Positions 11,407 through 23,428 are shown, numbered from the stretch's first letter. The stretch: 64,000 nucleotides of DNA from Emiliania huxleyi CCMP1516 (GCF_000372725.1 NW_005202303.1:372001-436000), one strand, 5' to 3'. Made by a program: numbers and translations. Notes: generated from the sequence alone by a model not told the origin.

Positions 11407-13687
11407 GGATTGTGGATACGATTTCTCCGATCACCCCGCCCGCCCGCCCCGCCCCGCCCGCCCGCCTCTCCCCGCTTGCCCGCCCGTCCCGCCCGCCCGC
11501 CCGCCCGACACCCATTCCCATCACATCTCACATACCTTCATATAGGCGCTCGAGACCTCCTCTCGCTGCCTACTCGCTGCCACGAGGGAGGAGGGGAAGG
11601 GCGGGGGCCGCGGTCGGGAAGACCACTCCTCGATAGCGATCCCTGCCCATACCCTCCCCGAAAGGCAAGTCTAAGCCACATGAAAGCGAGACCCCTCCCC
11701 ACCGCCCCGACCCCTCCACCCCCTTGCTCCCCTCCCCCCCTCAACAGAGGCGCCGGCCACTCTTCGGATCGCTGGTCGAGCGACCCGGGGGATGCCCCGC
11801 GCGCCTGACCCAGGCGCGAAAACGAATCTGCGAGGCGTGGCCGCTCATGCGGCCCGATGGGGAGGAACGCAACGGGGCGGCCCGATGGGGAGGAACGCAA
11901 CGAGGATCGGCCTCTCACACCGCCCTTCCTTGCAGCGAGCCCCCCCTCCAACCCACCCGCGCTAGGTCGCGGGTTTGACGCATGGGGTCACTCCCGCGAA
12001 ACTCGTGAACTAGCCGGGGCAGTCGGAGAAGGGGCAACTCCGTGCACTGACGGTCGGCGCCGCCAGAAAACACGCCTGCGTGGATCGCGTCACACCAATC
12101 CTCGCTACCCAAAGCGGCCAAAGGATATCCACCTCGAGAACCTCGAGAGAGAGGCTGTTGGAGGGTTGCCATTTCCCAGGTTCGACTGGCCGTTCGTGCG
12201 TCACGCTTCGGCTGTGTCGGGCACGCCGCCAGACGAAGAGGGCCTGGCGGTGTGGGGGTGCGCAGGTGGCTGCTATTTTCGCACTGACACCTTCCTTCGA
12301 TTGCGTGCCGAGAGACCGCATCTGTGGAACGATGCCGCAGCCCAAGCGGCTTAGGAGGCCGGTGCCTGCATGGAATTCATGGACGTGGTCGGGCCTGCGA
12401 TTGCGATGCTGGGCGGTGCTCGCGTGGGTGCGCCCATGGGCTGCTGTTCGGCAGGGCGGCAAAGGAATCGCACCGGCCCATGCGGTGATAGAGCACAAAT
12501 GCCGGGAACAGCTCCGCCTGCGCTCCAAGCAGGAATGGCGTACTATCACGGGCTGTACTTTTTAGCATGGCATGCTACAATAAAGTAGTCAATAATAAAA
12601 AGTAGCTGTAGCTACTAAAGTAGTACTCACAAATCACAATACTGACAACTGACTGAATGAAGAAATCACTTGGAGCACTTGGAGTGCAGTCATTAGCCTC
12701 ACATCCACGGCCGGGGGGGCTAAGAAGCACACACCGGCTCTCCTCCAGCAGCAGAGATGTGGGAGTCCTTCCGACAAATCAAGCAGCCCGACCGCCGCGA
12801 AGCGGGATGATAGCGAGAGGTGTACTCCGCGAGGTTGAGCGCTGCACGCGGGTACTCGGCGGTGTCGCAGCGTCGAGCAACACTCGGTGTCAGAGCGTCG
12901 CGCCAAATCAGTAGTCTCATCGCCGAGTGATTGCTGGCCTGTGGCGTATGACCTCGCGCCGATATCACCAACAACGAGCATGCGAAGATAGGGAACCATA
13001 TCTGATGGACTTGTACCGCCCGCTGTGCCACAGCTGCGAGAGCCGTATCTTCCCTCCTTGAAGCAGAGGCGCCGCGAGGCACGAGAGGCGTAGAAGAGAG
13101 GCTGGCGTGCCCCGCACCGCCCGGCTGGCAGTAGGAGGGCCCGCCGGTGAGACCACTGATTTTGGTGCCGAGAGACCATAAATTCTCGCCACTGGAACGC
13201 ATGCTACTTACAGCTGCTGTCTGCACAGAGATGCCAGCACCCTCCACAGGCAGAGCTCTGCTGCTAGGGGGGAGGGGGGGGGGGGGGGTTCGGCCATGGG
13301 CTTAGGTGTGCAGGGGGGGTACCGAGCAGTGTGCGGCCGCTCAAGCCGCTCGTCGGACAGGCTTGCTCGGACGCTCGATAACGGCGAGTGCATGGCGCAC
13401 GCCTTGGACGGTGGCGAAGCCAAAAACACCGGCATTGGCCGTCCGCTGGCGTGAGCGGCGGCGGTCGAGACCTCACCCTTCGCGCCGACGACCTAACCTC
13501 ACTCGGAACAACCTCAGTCCTCACACCCAAACAACCCAACCTAACACGAACGAAACAACCTCACCCAAAAAGCACGATTCTCAAGTTGGGCCCTCATACT
13601 GACAACTGACTGATGAAGAAATCACTTGGGCACTTGGATTTCCGACGTGGCTTTTCTTACTTCCAGCAAGGCAGCAACTACTCGAGT

Positions 13688-15058
13688 ATGGAGCCGACGG
13701 CTGACGACCCTTCAGTGCAGTACATGCTCACCACCAACAACGTACCTCACCGCCAGTGTGCGACCGAGCTGGTGGCCTTCCTCCCGAAGCCGTTGGCCGC
13801 GAGCGTCCGCCACGGCAAGGCGTCGTCTCGTGGAGTGACGTGCGATGCGCCGGCGTCAGCGGCTCCGACGCTGGCGGCGCTCACGCTTCCCGAGCGCATA
13901 TACGCCGTGGTGTGCTGCTTGCCAGCCACCAGCCTGCCAGACGACGAGGCGGCGGTTCTCCCGGCGCTCAGGACGCTCGTGGCGGAGGCTCCAGGCTGGC
14001 CTGCCGCACTTGCCGCGCACTGCCAACTCCACCCAGGGCTGTCGAGCCTCTCGTTCGCCGTGGTCGCCACTCGCCGCGGCCGCCGCTTCAAACAGAGCGT
14101 CGGCAGCCTACAGCTGGGTACCGAGCTCGGTGGCGCGCTGCACACGTACTTTGGCTGGCGCGTCGATCTGACTGCGCCGTCGCTCGAGGTGACCGTCTCG
14201 CTCAACGACGAGGGGTTGCACGTCTCACTCGCGCTGCTGCGCCGCTTGGACTCCATCGAGTGCCGCACGCGTGGCGGGCTCGACCCGCACGTGGCGTGGG
14301 CGATGGTGCGCTCGCTTGGCGAGCTGCCGCCCGGCGGACTCGTGTGCGACCCCATGTGTGGCAAGGCCAGCCTGCTCCTCGAGGCGCTCGACGCGCATCC
14401 GCTCTGCGTCGCCGCCGGTTTTGACCTCGCCGACGCGCAGCTTGAAGCCGCCATCGCCAATCACACAGCGGTGCCGCCGCGAATCGCCGCACGGCTCTCG
14501 CTCATGCGCGGCGATGCCTCGCAGCTGCCATTCGCGGCGGGTGCGTGCGCCGCAATCCTGTGCGACCTGCCGTTTGAGTGCGAGGGCCGCTTCGGCTACA
14601 AGCTCGACACATCGCGGGGCGGCACGCTCGGCGCATGTATCAAGGAGATGGTCCGCGTGCTGCGCCCTGGCGGCCGTGCCGTGCTGCTAATGGGCGACGA
14701 GCGCATGCCGCCGCTGCGCGAGGCGCTCGCCGACGCCGGGCTGCGCGCCATGTGCGAGCGCCCGTGCCCGCTGGGCTTCACGCAGGCGACCATCGTCGTC
14801 ACCGAGAAGCCGGCGGGCGCCTCCGAGGCCATCGACGATTCAGGCACCGGAGAGGAGCCTCAGCAGCGGCATGCGCCAGCAGGCGAGGGCGGCGCCGGTG
14901 GCAGTGAGACATCGACGCCCGCGGTGAGCGTGGGGGCTCTGCCTTGGGAGGGCACGGGACGCCGGGCCGAATGGACCGTCCTGCGCAAGGAGAAACGCGC
15001 ACCAATGGTGCCGTGGTTTGTCGCACCCAGCAAGGGTGTCGTCGAAGAGTCAGTTTAA
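13688..15058 (+). CDS. THUMP-domain RNA (guanine-N2) methyltransferase, THUMPD2/THUMPD3/Trm14-like
   Basis: THUMP tail FGWRVDLTAPSLEV, then GGLDPHVAWAM, SAM motif VCDPMCGKASLL, GDA, catalytic-region CDLPF and RVLRPGG. Confidence 0.85.
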   Translation: MEPTADDPSVQYMLTTNNVPHRQCATELVAFLPKPLAASVRHGKASSRGVTCDAPASAAPTLAALTLPERIYAVVCCLPATSLPDDEAAVLPALRTLVAEAPGWPAALAAHCQLHPGLSSLSFAVVATRRGRRFKQSVGSLQLGTELGGALHTYFGWRVDLTAPSLEVTVSLNDEGLHVSLALLRRLDSIECRTRGGLDPHVAWAMVRSLGELPPGGLVCDPMCGKASLLLEALDAHPLCVAAGFDLADAQLEAAIANHTAVPPRIAARLSLMRGDASQLPFAAGACAAILCDLPFECEGRFGYKLDTSRGGTLGACIKEMVRVLRPGGRAVLLMGDERMPPLREALADAGLRAMCERPCPLGFTQATIVVTEKPAGASEAIDDSGTGEEPQQRHAPAGEGGAGGSETSTPAVSVGALPWEGTGRRAEWTVLRKEKRAPMVPWFVAPSKGVVEESV

Positions 15059-15285
15059 GAAGAAGGACGATGCTCGTCCGTATCCGTGTCGTCTGTCGAC
15101 TGGGGCTCGACACCAAAGACCAAACCTCGACACCAACTCGACACCTCGACACCACTTGCCAAGCAACTCGAACATGACACCCTGACACACCCCTCGACAC
15201 CATCTAGGCTTGGGACCATGCTCGTCCCGTGTCTAGCTCTAGGTAGGTGCCAAAGAGCACATTCTCGAACCTCCACCCCCAAGCC

Positions 15286-15364
15286 GTGTCGTCCTCGCCC
15301 CACAAAAGCACAAGAATGCTACTCGTGTCGTCCTCGCCCCACAAAAGCACAAGAATGCTACTCG
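15286..15364 (+). repeat. 39-bp tandem duplication
   Basis: GTGTCGTCCTCGCCCCACAAAAGCACAAGAATGCTACTC occurs twice in tandem. Confidence 0.9.
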
Positions 15365-16015
15365 AGTAAAGGCCACTGGGCCGCTCTTCTCGAGCTGTGT
15401 TTGCGCTCCCTGTGCGCTCTCCCGTTGCTTCATGTTGCTGGCTACTCTGGAGTCCTCCTGGCTGCTCTCCGCCCACCAGCCGGCCACAGGCCGTCAGTCT
15501 CACCGGCCGGCGTCGAGAGAACGGCCAGACTCGACCGACCGGGTGTCGTGCCGCTGCCTGCTTCTCGCGCCGCTGTAGCAGCGCCAGCAGCTCGGCCGCG
15601 CATCCTTCACACACGCCGCCACGGCCTAGCTGAGCGGGCCCGGTGTCGAGGTCTGGTGCGAGCTGCATGTGAGGGGCGGCTGTGGCCACAGCAGGTCCAC
15701 CAGACGGGCGTCAAAGCTTGCCGTAATCCTCGAATCGCCTCGGATGGGGTCCGCCGGAGACATTCTCGAGCCCTCTCCGTGCCATCACGAGCCGGTGTGA
15801 GCTTGAAGAGAGAAGACCCGAGGTAAGTGCGGTCTGGGACAGCTCAGGCTTGCTACTGATGGGCCTGGGCCAGGAGGGCGACAGAGAAGGCGAGGTGGTG
15901 CGCTGAGAGGCTCATCGGCGATTGTCGCGGCCGGGCAAAGACGGGGACGTAACTTCGCAGTTGGGGGCGACAAGCGGATGAGTCGTATTCTCCCACGAAT
16001 TTACGGGAAATCCCT

Positions 16016-16152
16016 CGAATTCATCGACGCGGGCTCTCTCGGCTGCTACGGGACCGGCCCCACCGCTGCGGCTGAGGGCTGACAAGCTGCCGAGCCCAAA
16101 TCACTCTGAGAGTGGTGATATTTCTGGTTGGTTTTCAAAAAATCTCTCTCCC
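16016..16152 (-). repeat. Dispersed repeat family B, copy 2
   Basis: Reverse-complement match to 7128-7264. Confidence 0.8.
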
Positions 16153-16590
16153 AAAAAGAAAGAAAAAAGTGGTCAACGAGATGGGAGAAGGCCACAGATT
16201 CCCCACCTTGCAAAGGCCTCCGTGACAGGCGAGCGCAGTGGCGCGCGCCCAACGTCTCCCGCTCCACCCTCGGGAGTACCTGTACGCTAGACAGCGAAGG
16301 GCGGTGGCCAGTGCGCGAGCGAGGGGAGGGGGCGGGGGGCGGCGGGCGGGCAGGCGGGCGGGGAGGAGGGGAGGGGAGGGTGAGTGTGTGTGTCACACAC
16401 ACACACACACACACAGGGGAGGGGTGGCTTAGCCATCAGCTGCTGTCGTCTCGAGCCGAGGCGGCGGCAGCCGCCGCAGCTGCACCGCCTCCCGTCGCGC
16501 CGCGGTCGCCGCCCCCTCAGCGCCGTCGCCGCGTCGTGACCCGCCGCCGCCTCGTGACTGACCGGACAAAAATTCTTTTCCGTAGTTGCG

Positions 16591-17418
16591 ATGGAGCCGG
16601 CGGTCGAGCCGGTCGCCTTTTACTACACGGCGCAGGCCGGCGGCGGCGCCTCCGGCCCGTGCAGCATCGCCCAGCTGCGGGTGCTGTGGCAAAGCGGCCA
16701 CATCTCGCGAGAGACGATGCTCTGGCGCGAGAGCATGCCCGCCTGGCTCAGGCTGGAGGAGGTGCCCGAGGCTTCGAGCGCGCTGCTCTCGCTGGCGCAG
16801 CCTCCGCCGGCGGCCGCCGCGCCGGTGGGCGAGTGGTACTACCTCGACGCCGACGGCCGCCAGCGCGGCGCGCTGACGGCGGAGCAGCTCGGCGTGCTGC
16901 TGCGCGGCGGCGACGTGGACGGGCTGACGCAGGTGTGGAGGAGCGGGATGGCAGCGTGGGCCGAGCTCTCCTGCGTGCAGGAGCTGCGCGCGCAGCTCCT
17001 CTCCGCAGCCGACGACGCCGAAGGCGACGACGCGGCGGCGGGCGGAGGAGGCGGAGGAGGCGGAGGAGGCGGAGGAGGAGGCGGAGGAGGCGGGGCGGAG
17101 GAGGCGTACGACCCGGACGAAGAGAGGGTGAGTGCGCGAGTGGCGGCGGCGGGCCGAGTGGCGCCGGCGGCAGGGTCCGCCTTGGCCAGCGGGGAGGCGG
17201 CGGGCGGCGGGGACGCCGCTACGTCGGCAAGCGGCGCGCAGGGCGGCGGCGAGGCCAAGCCGAAGCGGGTGAGATATCGCCGAGATGTAGCCGAGATATG
17301 GCGGAGGCGGCGCCGGCCAAGCCGAAGCGGGCGCGCAAGAAGCAGCAGCAGCAGCAGCAGCAGCAGCGGCGGCGGCGGCGGCAGCGGCGGCGGCGGCGGC
17401 AGCGGCGGCGGCGGCAGC

Positions 17419-17461
<43 letters not shown>

Positions 17462-19746
17462 GCAGCGGCAGCGGCAGCAGCAGCGGCAGCAGCAGCAGCA
17501 GCGGCAGCAGCGGCAGCAGCGGCAGCGGCAGCGGCAGCAGCGGCAGCAGCGGCAGCGGCAGCAGCAGCAGCAGTAGCCGGCCTGGGCCGAGGGGCGGTGC
17601 GTGTCTCAACACGGCCGGACTTCACACCGTGGCGGTGGTGCGGGCAGGTGCGGAAGAAGAAGAAGCCAAAGTTCGTCGAAGGCGGAGGCAGCAGCGTGTA
17701 CGTGTGCGGTCTGCCGGAGGGCGAGGAGGCGGCGGCGCCGTCCGCGGAGAGAAGAGTGCCCGAGACTGCCCGAGATCACCCGAGATTGACGTTTGGTAGG
17801 CGGCGGCGCTGTCCGCCGAGGTAGCAGAGAGCTTCAAGGTCGCCGGCGTGCTCAAGACGGACCCGGCGGGATGGAGCAGAGATGTAGCAGAGATGTCGCA
17901 GAGATGTCGCAGAGATGTTGCAGAGATGTAGCAGAGATGTAGCAGAGATGTAGCAGAGATGCAGCAGAGATGGAGCAGAGATGTCGCAGAGATGTCGCAG
18001 AGATGTCGCAGAGATGTGGCAGAGATGCAGCCGAGATGCAGCCGAGATGTAGCAGAGATGCAGCCGAGATGCAGCCGAGAGGCAGCAGAGAGCTGATTGA
18101 TTAGTGAGTGAGTGTTGCCGGCGGTCTGCTCCCCTCTCTTCCGCAGGCGAGCGGCCAGCCTCGCGTCAAGATCTACTGCGCGCCCGGAGGCGAGATCGGC
18201 CCGAGATCGGCCGAGATCGGCCGAGATCGGCCCGAGATCGGCCGAGATCGGCCCGAGAGGACCGGCCCGTGAGGCCGAGGGGCTGGGCGGGGTCTGTGAG
18301 GGTGCCACGCTCGCGCCTCTCCCCAGGCACCTCCAAGGGGGACGCGCTGGTCACCTTCCTGAAGGCCGAGTCGGCGCCTCTCGCCGCCGCGGGGCCAGAG
18401 CACTCGAGATCGGCCCGAGATCAGCCGAGGTTGAGCCGAGATATCAGGTCCCTCTCGCCGTCACGCTGCGGGACGGGTTCGAGATGCGAGACGGCGCCTC
18501 CTGCTCCCCTCCAGCCGAGGCCACCCGCGGAGATCGCGCGAGGTTAGCTCGAGATGCGCCGAGATTAGGCGCGGCACTCAAGGTGCAGCCGGCGCGCTTC
18601 GAGATGCGAGGCGAGGCGCTGCAGCAGCAGGCAGCGAGGGGAGGCCGGCGGTGACTCCGCGTGAACTCGGTGCGGGTCCTCATTGAAGCACTGACTCAAA
18701 AGGCGCGAAGCAAGGACGACGCGCAGATCGCCCGCAAGAAGCAGCGCCGCCTCGAGCAGAAGGCGCTGTTCACAGCTGCAGTGCCCCGCCGCGGAAGAGG
18801 CGCTGTTCACAGCTGTGGTCTGTGAACAGGCCCTCGCGGAGTGGGACGACTCGCAGCTGCCGGCGGGCGCGAGCGCGACCATCGTCGTTCTCCTCGGCCT
18901 CTTCGACACCTCCGAGGCGGACGCCGCGGACGTGCAGCTCCCTGCTGCCCGGCTGGTGCACCGCTCCGTGCGCTGGTAGGCGGACTGCGCGGACGCCGCC
19001 TTCTACTCGAACTTGCGCGAGGACGTGCGCGTCGAGTGCGGCAAGGCGGGCGCCATCGAGAAGGTGACCATCTTCGAGGGGTCAGAGCAGGGGGCCGCCG
19101 CCGTCCGCTTCAAGTCTGCCGAGATACAGCCGAGATACAGCCGAGATACAGCCGAGATGTAGCCGAGCCGCCGCCGTCCGCTTCAAGTCTGGGGAACGTC
19201 GCGCGGGGAGGAGGTGTGAAGAGGGCGCTCTTCACACTTCCGGCTGTGAGCAGGTCGGGGGACGACGCGCAGCGCTGCGTCGCGATGATGCGCGAGAAGT
19301 CGTTCGGGGGCAGCCAGGCGAGACACTTCCGAGACACTTTCGAGACACTTCCGAGACACTTCCGAGAAGTGGTTTGGCGACAGTCAGGCGCAGTGGCTGC
19401 AGTGTGTTGCACACACGCACCCCCCCGCCGTGTGTGCTCGAGGGGGTTGGGCTCTTCTCACCTCCTGGCCCTGCCCCTCGCCTCCTCGCAGGTGAAGTGC
19501 GAGCTCTACGACGGCGTGACGGACTACCGCGCCAAGGCGCTCCGCGAGGCGGGCACTTGTTCACAGTTTGCCTGCTCCACTGCTTTCTTGCCTTCGAAGG
19601 CGCTCCGCGAGGCGGCGGCCGCGTCGAGCGGCGGTAAGTCGGGCGCCGACGTCGAGGCGCAGGAGGCGCAGCTGGAGAGCTTCGCGCAGTGGCTCGAGGC
19701 GGACAGCACCGACGACGAGATCGACCCCGAGGCGGGAGGGGACTAG
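16591..19746 (+). CDS. HTATSF1: HTATSF1/Cus2/Uap2-like splicing factor with two N-terminal GYF_2 domains (multi-exon)
   Basis: Two GYF_2-like units (FYY..GP..QL..LWRESMPAW; WYYLDADGRQRG..VWRSGMAAW). RRM1 pieces SVYVCGLP and SKGDALVTFLKAES. UHM piece LREDVRVECGKAGAIEKVTIF...FGGSQ|VKCELYDGVTDY. Introns are packed with GAGAT-based repeats. Confidence 0.8.
17340..17575 (+). repeat. (CAG/CGG)n microsatellite
   Basis: Mixed AGC/GGC trinucleotide run seen directly. Confidence 0.9.
17872..18258 (+). repeat. Intronic 10-11 bp minisatellites (GCAGAGATGTA, CCGAGATCGG)
   Basis: Tandem arrays at ~17872-18090 and ~18190-18258. Confidence 0.85.
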
Positions 19747-20509
19747 TGGTAGTGGTACAAGGTATGGTAAGGTGCACGTCTCCACACGCACAGTCGCACA
19801 CACGGCGGAGGGCAAGCAAGTGCGGTCGACACCGAGCCACTCTCCCTCGCACTCTAACACTCCAACCCTAGGCCTAGCTGCTGCACTTGGCCCATTCGTG
19901 AACAAAGCAGACACCAGACCTCGGTTTCCCATAGGGTTTCTGAGGCGGTTTCCCATGGCGTTTTCCCATAGAAAACTTAGGGGTCGGTCGGTTTCTGCGG
20001 CGCCGCTCTGTTTTTTTCGACTGTGGACTGAGGTGTATAGGTGGACTTCTCCCGTGTCCCGACCCGCCTCCGCGCCATTTTCCCGCTGTGGGATCTGCCG
20101 CAGCTGATCTGCCGTGGGGCGTGGGTCTGGTTTCTGGCGGTGTGAATTCATCTCCCGCTTCGGCCTAAATGAGCTCATTCCGGCCGATGAACAGGTGAGA
20201 GGTGTCCCCATTCCATTTTTTTTCAATCCCCGCCTCTGACGACAGTCAGTCAGTGTTACACACACCTCCTAGCATGGAGGACGGGCCCACACGCACACAC
20301 ACGCTGCACACGATTGGCTCGGGAGCCGACACGAGGCACACTGTCACCGGCCGTAGCACCGGGTCCGGACTGCTGGACACACAGCTGACAGCTGACAGCT
20401 CACAGGACAGCTCACGAGGTGGCGCTATGTAGTGGGGTTCTCAGGGACTGACACGGGACCCTGAGAACCCCACTCATAGCGCCCCGCCTGACGAGGAGGA
20501 TCTAAAATA

Positions 20510-20568
20510 AAGAAAGAAAACAGCCCAGCCAAGGGAGGGATGGCAGGACGGCAGCCGCCACCCCACAG
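20510..20568 (+). repeat. Dispersed repeat family C, copy 1
   Basis: AAAGAAAGAAAACAGCC..CCAAGGGAGGGATGG..GGACGGCA.GCCGCCACC..ACAG also occurs at 32625-32695 (+) and 51181-51258 (-). Confidence 0.8.
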
Positions 20569-20913
20569 TTAGTTAGTTAGGAAGGTGAAGAACAGCCAGG
20601 CTCGGACTGGACACCAACGCGGTATGGGTGGACGCTAGACAGATGATGACGACACGCAGGAGCGACACCACAGACACAAAACTCAGTGGATGTGGCGTGA
20701 ATGCTTTAGCATTCTCGCCCGCTCTGCTGAGGGGAGGGGCAGGACGAGCGGTCGCCTGAGGCGCCTATCTCTATCCACCCTCTCTTGTGGTTTGCCAGCG
20801 GGGCACGTGGCCAAGGACGACGTTTCAGATCGCGCGTCCGCTTGTTTGCGCACCCGCGTGCTCGTCCACGCCACTGTCCTCCCGCCCCCTTTGATCTCTG
20901 TCGCCTGTCGCTG

Positions 20914-21735
20914 ATGTCTGCCATTGAGACGCTTGTGGAAGTGGCGCTTGCTAAGGCCACCAAGGACAGTGCCGTGCATGGCGTGGACAAGGATCAATAC
21001 CTGTTGTGTTCCTCTGTCGTCAAAGCCGATGTGCGCAATTACCATACCGTCAAGGTGCTGCAGAAGGGACTCGACGAGAGCCAGGCCAAGGCGGCCGCTC
21101 TCGCCCTGCTATCGCAGCAATACCCTCAGCTGGCCGCAGGCGGAGGCACCGCCTCGGATGGCCCCGCCGATGCGGCAGAGAAGGTTGTCAAGACACTTGA
21201 GCGTTTGTCGTCATCACAGTTGGGTCACCTGGCCGCGGGCTGGGCCACGCAGCTCGGAGAGGCATTCACCAACGCGAGCATTCTTTCGACAGTGGAGGCC
21301 GGCTCGCTCGCGGGCCGCACCGGCAGCGGCAAGGTGCCGCTCGAGAGCGGTGAGGAGGCGCAGATGTCTTACACCGTCATCCAAGGACCATCCGAGGGCA
21401 TGTACGTGCTCGAGGAGAGCGGAGCACAGGGCGAGCCACGACGCTCGGTCATCCTCAACACCACGCTGGTGACCCTCATGCTACAGCCGACGCAGGCACA
21501 CGTCGTCTCGAACGCGACGCTTGTCAAGATCAACGGCTCGAGCAGTGCTCTGGCTGTTTTCCGCAAGTTGCCCAAGTCAGGCAGCGCCGCCGAAGACCAC
21601 GTCTCGCTAGAGGAGATTCTCCAGTTAGCAGACGGTCTTCCGGCCGCGGGCGCGGTCTCGCTCTCGGGAGAGGAGCGCGTCAAGACGTTCGCCCGGGCTC
21701 TCGAGGCCAAAAGTCTCCGGCGGAGAAGGCTCTAG
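20914..21735 (+). CDS. Retroelement ORF0 (unknown; possibly the 5' part of gag)
   Basis: ATG at 20914. The open frame overlaps the ORF1 frame, which is open from 21629 in +1. Confidence 0.5.
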   Translation: MSAIETLVEVALAKATKDSAVHGVDKDQYLLCSSVVKADVRNYHTVKVLQKGLDESQAKAAALALLSQQYPQLAAGGGTASDGPADAAEKVVKTLERLSSSQLGHLAAGWATQLGEAFTNASILSTVEAGSLAGRTGSGKVPLESGEEAQMSYTVIQGPSEGMYVLEESGAQGEPRRSVILNTTLVTLMLQPTQAHVVSNATLVKINGSSSALAVFRKLPKSGSAAEDHVSLEEILQLADGLPAAGAVSLSGEERVKTFARALEAKSLRRRRL

Positions 21736-21739
21736 CTGG

Positions 21740-23380
21740 TTGGCGGCAGTTGGGGACAAGGCGACCTACTCCGTCTTCGAGCTTCGGAGTCAGCTCGAGA
21801 GGCTTGGCCCCGACTTCACGCCGGTCGCCGCGCTGCCCGCACCCAAGTCGTGCGCGGAGTTCTTCACGCGCAACATCCGCGGGGAGAACTGGGGCGACTT
21901 CGCCAAAAGGGTCGCCCCTCTGATTGAACCCGATGAGCAGCGGTGCAATTTCATCCGCTCCAGCGAGGCGGTCCTTCGCGACGCGATCGAGCGATGGCTG
22001 GAAAGTGGGCTCGGCAGCCTCCGAGAGGCTTCCGTTGCGTCGCTCGCCCTTCGCACCGACTGGTCGGTGGACGCAGCGTGCTCGCTGATGTACCAATTTG
22101 CGATGGCCAAGGACCAGCAGCGGCTCGCCCCGCCCACTCCGCCACCGGGCGTGCCGCCCCCGATCCTTACGCAGCCGATCATCAAGATCACGACGGGCGG
22201 ATCGGGTGAGGGCGGCGACGAGGCCCTCTCCGCGGCCGCTGCCGCGCAGAGCTTGACGACCGCGGAGCGCGAGTGCGTCAAGAGGCTCGCCGCACTCGCC
22301 GCCATCGAGGACAACAAAGGGGTCGATGAGATCGCCAAGTACATCGACGGCGCGTCGTCAGCAGGCGCGCCCTCCCCGCACATCATGCGCCTAGTGCACG
22401 CGACAGACGCTAGCGTAAACAGCCTTGCGTCGTCGTACGTTGCGGACGACGGTTTTGTTGTCGACCTTCGGTCAATTCGCCGGGCCATGCTTCGCCGTCT
22501 GGAGTCAATGCACTTTGGCTTCGCGACTGACAAGCAATGGTCAGAGGAGCAGCGGCGCCAAGCAGGACGCATTCGCGTCGGGCGCTTCAGCGAAGTGGAC
22601 ATCGCCTGCCTTTTGGAGGGCCAGGAAGACGGCTTCTCCAAGAAGGCGCCGCTGGCGCACATCAAGTGCCCTGTCAAGCTGCAGATGGCGCTCGGAGTCT
22701 TCTTCAGCATCTGGGCAAAGGCACACCTCACCTTCTCCAGCCATATCCTCGCCTTTGGCGCGAATGTGGCCCGCTTTCTCCACCAGACGCGGGAGGACGG
22801 AGCCTCGTGGGAGCAGCTCTCGGACTACTGGCGGAAGCTGATGCAGAAGTGCGAGCAGCCCGCGCTCCGCTTCGAGCGCAAGGAGGCACTCGCCCCACTC
22901 CAGCCGCCGCTACTCAAGTGGGCGGACGACCGCTCCGTCACACACGTTGCGGAGCTCATGGACGCCGTCAACCGGAGCGAGCGAGAGCGGCTCGCCAAGC
23001 TGCTCGAGGAGGCGCGCGCGCCGAAGGAGAGCGCAGAGCTTGCCGAGCTCCGCAAGATGGTCAAGCAGCAGGGGAGCAAGCAGGAGCAGCACGAGGAGCG
23101 CCTCGTCGCCGTCAAGAAGCACTTGGCCGGCGGCGACGGCGGCGGCGGTGGCGGCAAGCACAGCAAGCGCGGCGGCGGCGGTGGCGGCCGCGGCGGCGGC
23201 CGCGGCGGCGGAGGCGGCGGCCGTGGCGGCGGAGGCGGCAACTCGCAGAAGCCCGGGGAGACCCAACAGGAGCTCAACGCCCGCCTCGGCCGCAAAGACG
23301 GCAAGGACCCGTGCTGGTTCCACCACATCAAGGGCTCCTGCCGCTACGACGCCGCCGAGTGCCGCGGCCATCACGGCTGA
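21740..23380 (+). CDS. Gag-like protein with coiled coil, RGG-rich tract and C-terminal CCCH-type finger
   Basis: Ends in CWFHHIKGSCRYDAAECRGHH after GRGGG repeats and sits directly upstream of pol. Confidence 0.7.
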   Translation: MAAVGDKATYSVFELRSQLERLGPDFTPVAALPAPKSCAEFFTRNIRGENWGDFAKRVAPLIEPDEQRCNFIRSSEAVLRDAIERWLESGLGSLREASVASLALRTDWSVDAACSLMYQFAMAKDQQRLAPPTPPPGVPPPILTQPIIKITTGGSGEGGDEALSAAAAAQSLTTAERECVKRLAALAAIEDNKGVDEIAKYIDGASSAGAPSPHIMRLVHATDASVNSLASSYVADDGFVVDLRSIRRAMLRRLESMHFGFATDKQWSEEQRRQAGRIRVGRFSEVDIACLLEGQEDGFSKKAPLAHIKCPVKLQMALGVFFSIWAKAHLTFSSHILAFGANVARFLHQTREDGASWEQLSDYWRKLMQKCEQPALRFERKEALAPLQPPLLKWADDRSVTHVAELMDAVNRSERERLAKLLEEARAPKESAELAELRKMVKQQGSKQEQHEERLVAVKKHLAGGDGGGGGGKHSKRGGGGGGRGGGRGGGGGGRGGGGGNSQKPGETQQELNARLGRKDGKDPCWFHHIKGSCRYDAAECRGHHG

Positions 23381-23428
23381 TGGCCAGCGGCAGCCTCCGA
23401 CCCGCCCGGCGGCCCATCGACGCCGAGT

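Noticed and set aside
11181..12143. LTR pair suggested by the repeated TATCCACCTCGAGAACCT
   Set aside because: The match is only ~18 bp, with no TG...CA termini, PBS or PPT.
16429..17625. Poly-Ala, poly-Gln and poly-Leu proteins
   Set aside because: Translations of CAG/CGG microsatellites.
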